Source: a virus (taxonomy: Duplodnaviria > Caudoviricetes). From it: a DNA stretch of 38,003 nucleotides. The translations under genes were made by a program, and so were the position numbers. Under the pieces are notes generated by a model. The model was given only the letters and a program-made list of their open reading frames with translations, was not told the DNA's origin and did not search any database. Below, piece after piece: positions 35,702-38,003 of this stretch. The stretch spans positions 1-38,003 of IMG/VR virus record IMGVR_UViG_3300020044_004474. The stretch is one strand, 5' to 3'. The stretch's first letter is position 1. Every line of letters begins with the position of its first letter.

Positions 35702-35732
35702 CAGCCAAGCACAGCCGCCAAAGGTCGGCTGA
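35463..35732 (+). CDS. Cassette protein, DUF551-like
   Basis: W....KPP...V...W......V.WW..LP pattern. Confidence 0.55.
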   Translation: MNTFKDSTGGCCPPPPCSPWNRGDKPPTLPLTVIGVVGSKPVLVWYHSRTRCWHDNPAAFGSVPVEWWQYLPDCELLKANSQAQPPKVG

Positions 35733-35747
35733 TGCTACCTGTTCTAA
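35696..35747 (-). repeat. Short attC-like site S5
   Basis: Identical to S3 between AAC and GTT. Confidence 0.9.
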
Positions 35748-35773
35748 AATTAAACAACCAACCAGAACGAACT

Positions 35774-35959
35774 ATGAAAACAGAAGAACAACAACGCAAA
35801 GAGTTTGAGGAATGGGCTTTAGATAAAGGCTATATGATGAAGCGATGTAAATATGAAAATACCTCCTATATGTCTATTGCGACTGATGGGGTATGGCAAG
35901 CTTGGCAAGCCGCGCAGGACTCCGCCTCAAAAACAAACAATCCGGCTGTATCCGGTTAG
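35774..35959 (+). CDS. Hypothetical protein (RKEFEEW...WQAWQAA), C-terminus from an attC arm
   Basis: Similar to the N-terminus of 36202-36567. Confidence 0.65.
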   Translation: MKTEEQQRKEFEEWALDKGYMMKRCKYENTSYMSIATDGVWQAWQAAQDSASKTNNPAVSG

Positions 35960-36176
35960 GTCTCACGACTTGTTAGCCTCTTTGAATTATGAGAACGCCC
36001 CACATGGAAAATAAATCGGAAATCATAGCAGACATGCAACGCGCCAGAGCGCGAATGCTTGAATATACACAGGGATCGGAACAGTGGTGGGTTGCCTACT
36101 ACGATCTACGCCGCGCCGAATCACGTCTCGGCTAACGTCAATGTGAACCTGCCGGATACAGCCGCGCAGGACTCCG
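35908..36176. mobile_element. Circularly permuted cassette C7 with split attC and 17-bp direct repeats
   Basis: Right arm 35943-35978 precedes its complementary left arm 36130-36164; AGCCGCGCAGGACTCCG at 35908 and 36160. Confidence 0.75.
35989..36135 (+). CDS. 48-aa cassette protein (not in ORF track)
   Basis: ATG 35989 to TAA within GGCTAAC. Confidence 0.6.
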   Translation: MRTPHMENKSEIIADMQRARARMLEYTQGSEQWWVAYYDLRRAESRLG

Positions 36177-36201
36177 AATCACCAACTAAGCAGAACGAAC
36201 T

Positions 36202-36567
36202 ATGAATGAAGAACAAAACCGCAAAGAGTTTGAGGAAAGATTTAGTCACTTTGACCTAAGCAGAAATCCACTCAACGGAATATATCTTGATTACGGTTCC
36301 GAAGGGGCTTGGAAGGGATGGCAAGCTGCGAGGGAGCGGCAGTGGATGCCGATTGAGACTGCGCCGAAAGATGGGACTCAAATACTATCTTTTGCTGAGT
36401 GGGAGGGCATTACTGTTTGTTCATGGTTGGAATGCTCTGAAATTTGGGAGGAAAAAAATAAATATGGATGGGCTAAATATTACGACACTATTCAAATGTC
36501 ATACGAAACCTTTGAGCCAACCCACTGGATGCCATTACCTAACACACCAACCATCGAGAAGATATGA
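36202..36567 (+). CDS. DUF551-like phage protein
   Basis: WMPIETAPKDGT...PTHWMPLP. Confidence 0.8.
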   Translation: MNEEQNRKEFEERFSHFDLSRNPLNGIYLDYGSEGAWKGWQAARERQWMPIETAPKDGTQILSFAEWEGITVCSWLECSEIWEEKNKYGWAKYYDTIQMSYETFEPTHWMPLPNTPTIEKI

Positions 36568-36572
36568 AACAT

Positions 36573-36616
36573 AGAATCAAACGACTGTTTAAGATGAGAA
36601 TCAAACGACTGTTTAA
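36573..36616. repeat. Two 20-bp direct repeats AGAATCAAACGACTGTTTAA; third copy at 34099-34117
   Basis: Read directly from sequence. Confidence 0.85.
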
Positions 36617-36819
36617 ACAACCTAGTGTTAATATGAACACCTACCAAAACAGGGGTACTAAGAGTCTGTTTAGTACTTTAAACTTTTTAAATAACATAAT
36701 ATATAGGGATTTTGGCACAGTCTAAAAAACAGAAACCTAAAAACAAAACTGCTAAAGTTCCACAAAGACCCCTTAGACCCCCGACCAACTCGACTCTCCA
36801 CAACCAACAAAACACTCCC

Positions 36820-37038
36820 ATGATTAACCCACAATACGAAGACCTCACCAGATATACCGCGCCGCCCGACTCGATACCCGAGCCTCCGACATACCTCCTC
36901 TCACAGATCATCCGATACGTCGAGAGCATGGCTCCGAATCCATACCACTACCACTACACGATCGAGGAGATCGTCGATCTCTTCAACGAAGCATCCGACA
37001 ACCTCACCGACCAAGAAACCGGTATTCAGAAAGTATGA
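36820..37038 (+). CDS. Hypothetical protein
   Basis: ATG 36820; ATGA overlap with next gene. Confidence 0.6.
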   Translation: MINPQYEDLTRYTAPPDSIPEPPTYLLSQIIRYVESMAPNPYHYHYTIEEIVDLFNEASDNLTDQETGIQKV

Positions 37039-37247
37039 AAAATAAACTCGAACCATCACCGACTGGGATCTACAACAAGCAGAGCCGCCTGCAATGGCAC
37101 GCGGTTGCTTTTGTCGGCACGAACGACGAACCTTACCTAGTCGCCGCACCGACACGCCGAGGAGCGCTGGCTCACGCCTACAAGCATACATCCGAGCGCA
37201 ACCTAGTCGTAGAGCGGATCAATATCAGGAAAGGAATAACAGCGTGA
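37035..37247 (+). CDS. Hypothetical protein
   Basis: ORF track. Confidence 0.6.
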   Translation: MKNKLEPSPTGIYNKQSRLQWHAVAFVGTNDEPYLVAAPTRRGALAHAYKHTSERNLVVERINIRKGITA

Positions 37248-37293
37248 AACTTTGCTATTGCCAAACCATCACCAATAACCAACAATCGTTTAG

Positions 37294-37479
37294 ATGATCG
37301 CAAAGATGAAAGCAAAATCATTTCAGTCAGCCATCGCTGGCTATTCAGCGAAGCAGATCGCAGCCGCGATCGGGTGCAGCCTGTCGACGGCTTACGATTG
37401 GCGATCAGGGCGACGCCAACCGCCTAAGTGGATCCAAGCCACATACATCGACGAGATCCGAAACAATGCAACACCATGA
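37294..37479 (+). CDS. Cro-like HTH protein
   Basis: YSAKQIAAAIGCSLSTAYDWRSGRRQPP; paralog of 4675-4860. Confidence 0.75.
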   Translation: MIAKMKAKSFQSAIAGYSAKQIAAAIGCSLSTAYDWRSGRRQPPKWIQATYIDEIRNNATP

Positions 37480-37497
37480 GCCTAGACTCAAAACACC

Positions 37498-37974
37498 ATG
37501 ATTATTGACAACCTCACATCTTATGAACCAGACATGGCGGAGTTGATCGATACCGAGGAAGAGATCATCGCGGATGACATCGGCGTCAGCATTAAGCAGG
37601 CGCGGCGGATCATGAAGATGCGCGACGACGCGGTGATGAGGAATCAATCGCTGATCCTCGCCCGGGTGATTGGGCTTATGCTTCAATCCTCGAACCTTCC
37701 TGCGACCGTTCACGCGCTGGCGCTGGCATCGGGACTAGATCAGCTGAACGGTAAGAAGAGCCAGGCGGAGATCGCGCGGGAGCTTGGCTGCACGCGGGCG
37801 CTGATTTCGCACTACACGGTTGGGATCCGCGACATCCTGAGCGGGAAGGATTCAAACTTTGACTGCCTGAAATACCGCAAGAGTCAAGCGTCGCGCGAGG
37901 TCTATAAAGCCAAGGCGACCGATCCATTTACCAAGGCCAAGGCAGAAGCCAGGGCAAGACATTCTAACCAATAA
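37498..37974 (+). CDS. HTH DNA-binding protein
   Basis: KSQAEIARELGCTRALISH. Confidence 0.7.
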   Translation: MIIDNLTSYEPDMAELIDTEEEIIADDIGVSIKQARRIMKMRDDAVMRNQSLILARVIGLMLQSSNLPATVHALALASGLDQLNGKKSQAEIARELGCTRALISHYTVGIRDILSGKDSNFDCLKYRKSQASREVYKAKATDPFTKAKAEARARHSNQ

Positions 37975-38003
37975 CAACACTATGGAAATCATCGACACCA
38001 ATA

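Noticed and set aside
1-38003. Diversity-generating retroelement, or phage-encoded integrase/lysogeny module
   Set aside because: No reverse transcriptase, template/variable repeat pair or tyrosine/serine recombinase motifs recognised. Sequence outside the window cannot be assessed.
37982-38003. Direct circular join of the window end to position 1
   Set aside because: No terminal overlap. The attC ending GTTCGGC predicted upstream of the first partial cassette is absent, so some sequence is probably missing.

Overview
The window is most or all of a ~38 kb tailed-phage genome, podovirus-like by gene content. It has a + strand early/replication arm (30.7-38.0 kb, continuing at 1-6.15 kb) and a - strand virion/lysis arm (29.9-6.3 kb). 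The late arm encodes tail proteins, three probable ejection proteins, TerS/TerL, portal, scaffold, major capsid, a decoration protein, a DUF1353 protein, an M15 endolysin and a metallophosphoesterase. The early arm encodes an ERF recombinase, a RecE-like exonuclease, a DUF3127 SSB, a DnaC-like ATPase, a RuvC-like resolvase and several HTH/RHH proteins. No integrase, DNA polymerase or RNA polymerase was recognised. The main unexplained structure is a set of 11 intact attC-like hairpins, plus one split and one degenerate copy, forming five small cassette arrays with no intI gene. Every complete cassette is bounded by a perfect 7-bp GTTNNNN...NNNNAAC match. The sites are oriented opposite to the genes. 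Ten upstream ORFs read through the AAC in frame as Asn and stop inside the next site, and the long sites carry the next gene's start codon in their loop. Each array ends in a short resident site. This looks like a phage gene-shuffling system that borrows a host integron integrase (inference). Also present: a type II hammerhead ribozyme in the early region and a candidate attenuator/structured RNA in a + strand island inside the late arm. All product calls come from motif recognition by eye; no database searches were run.
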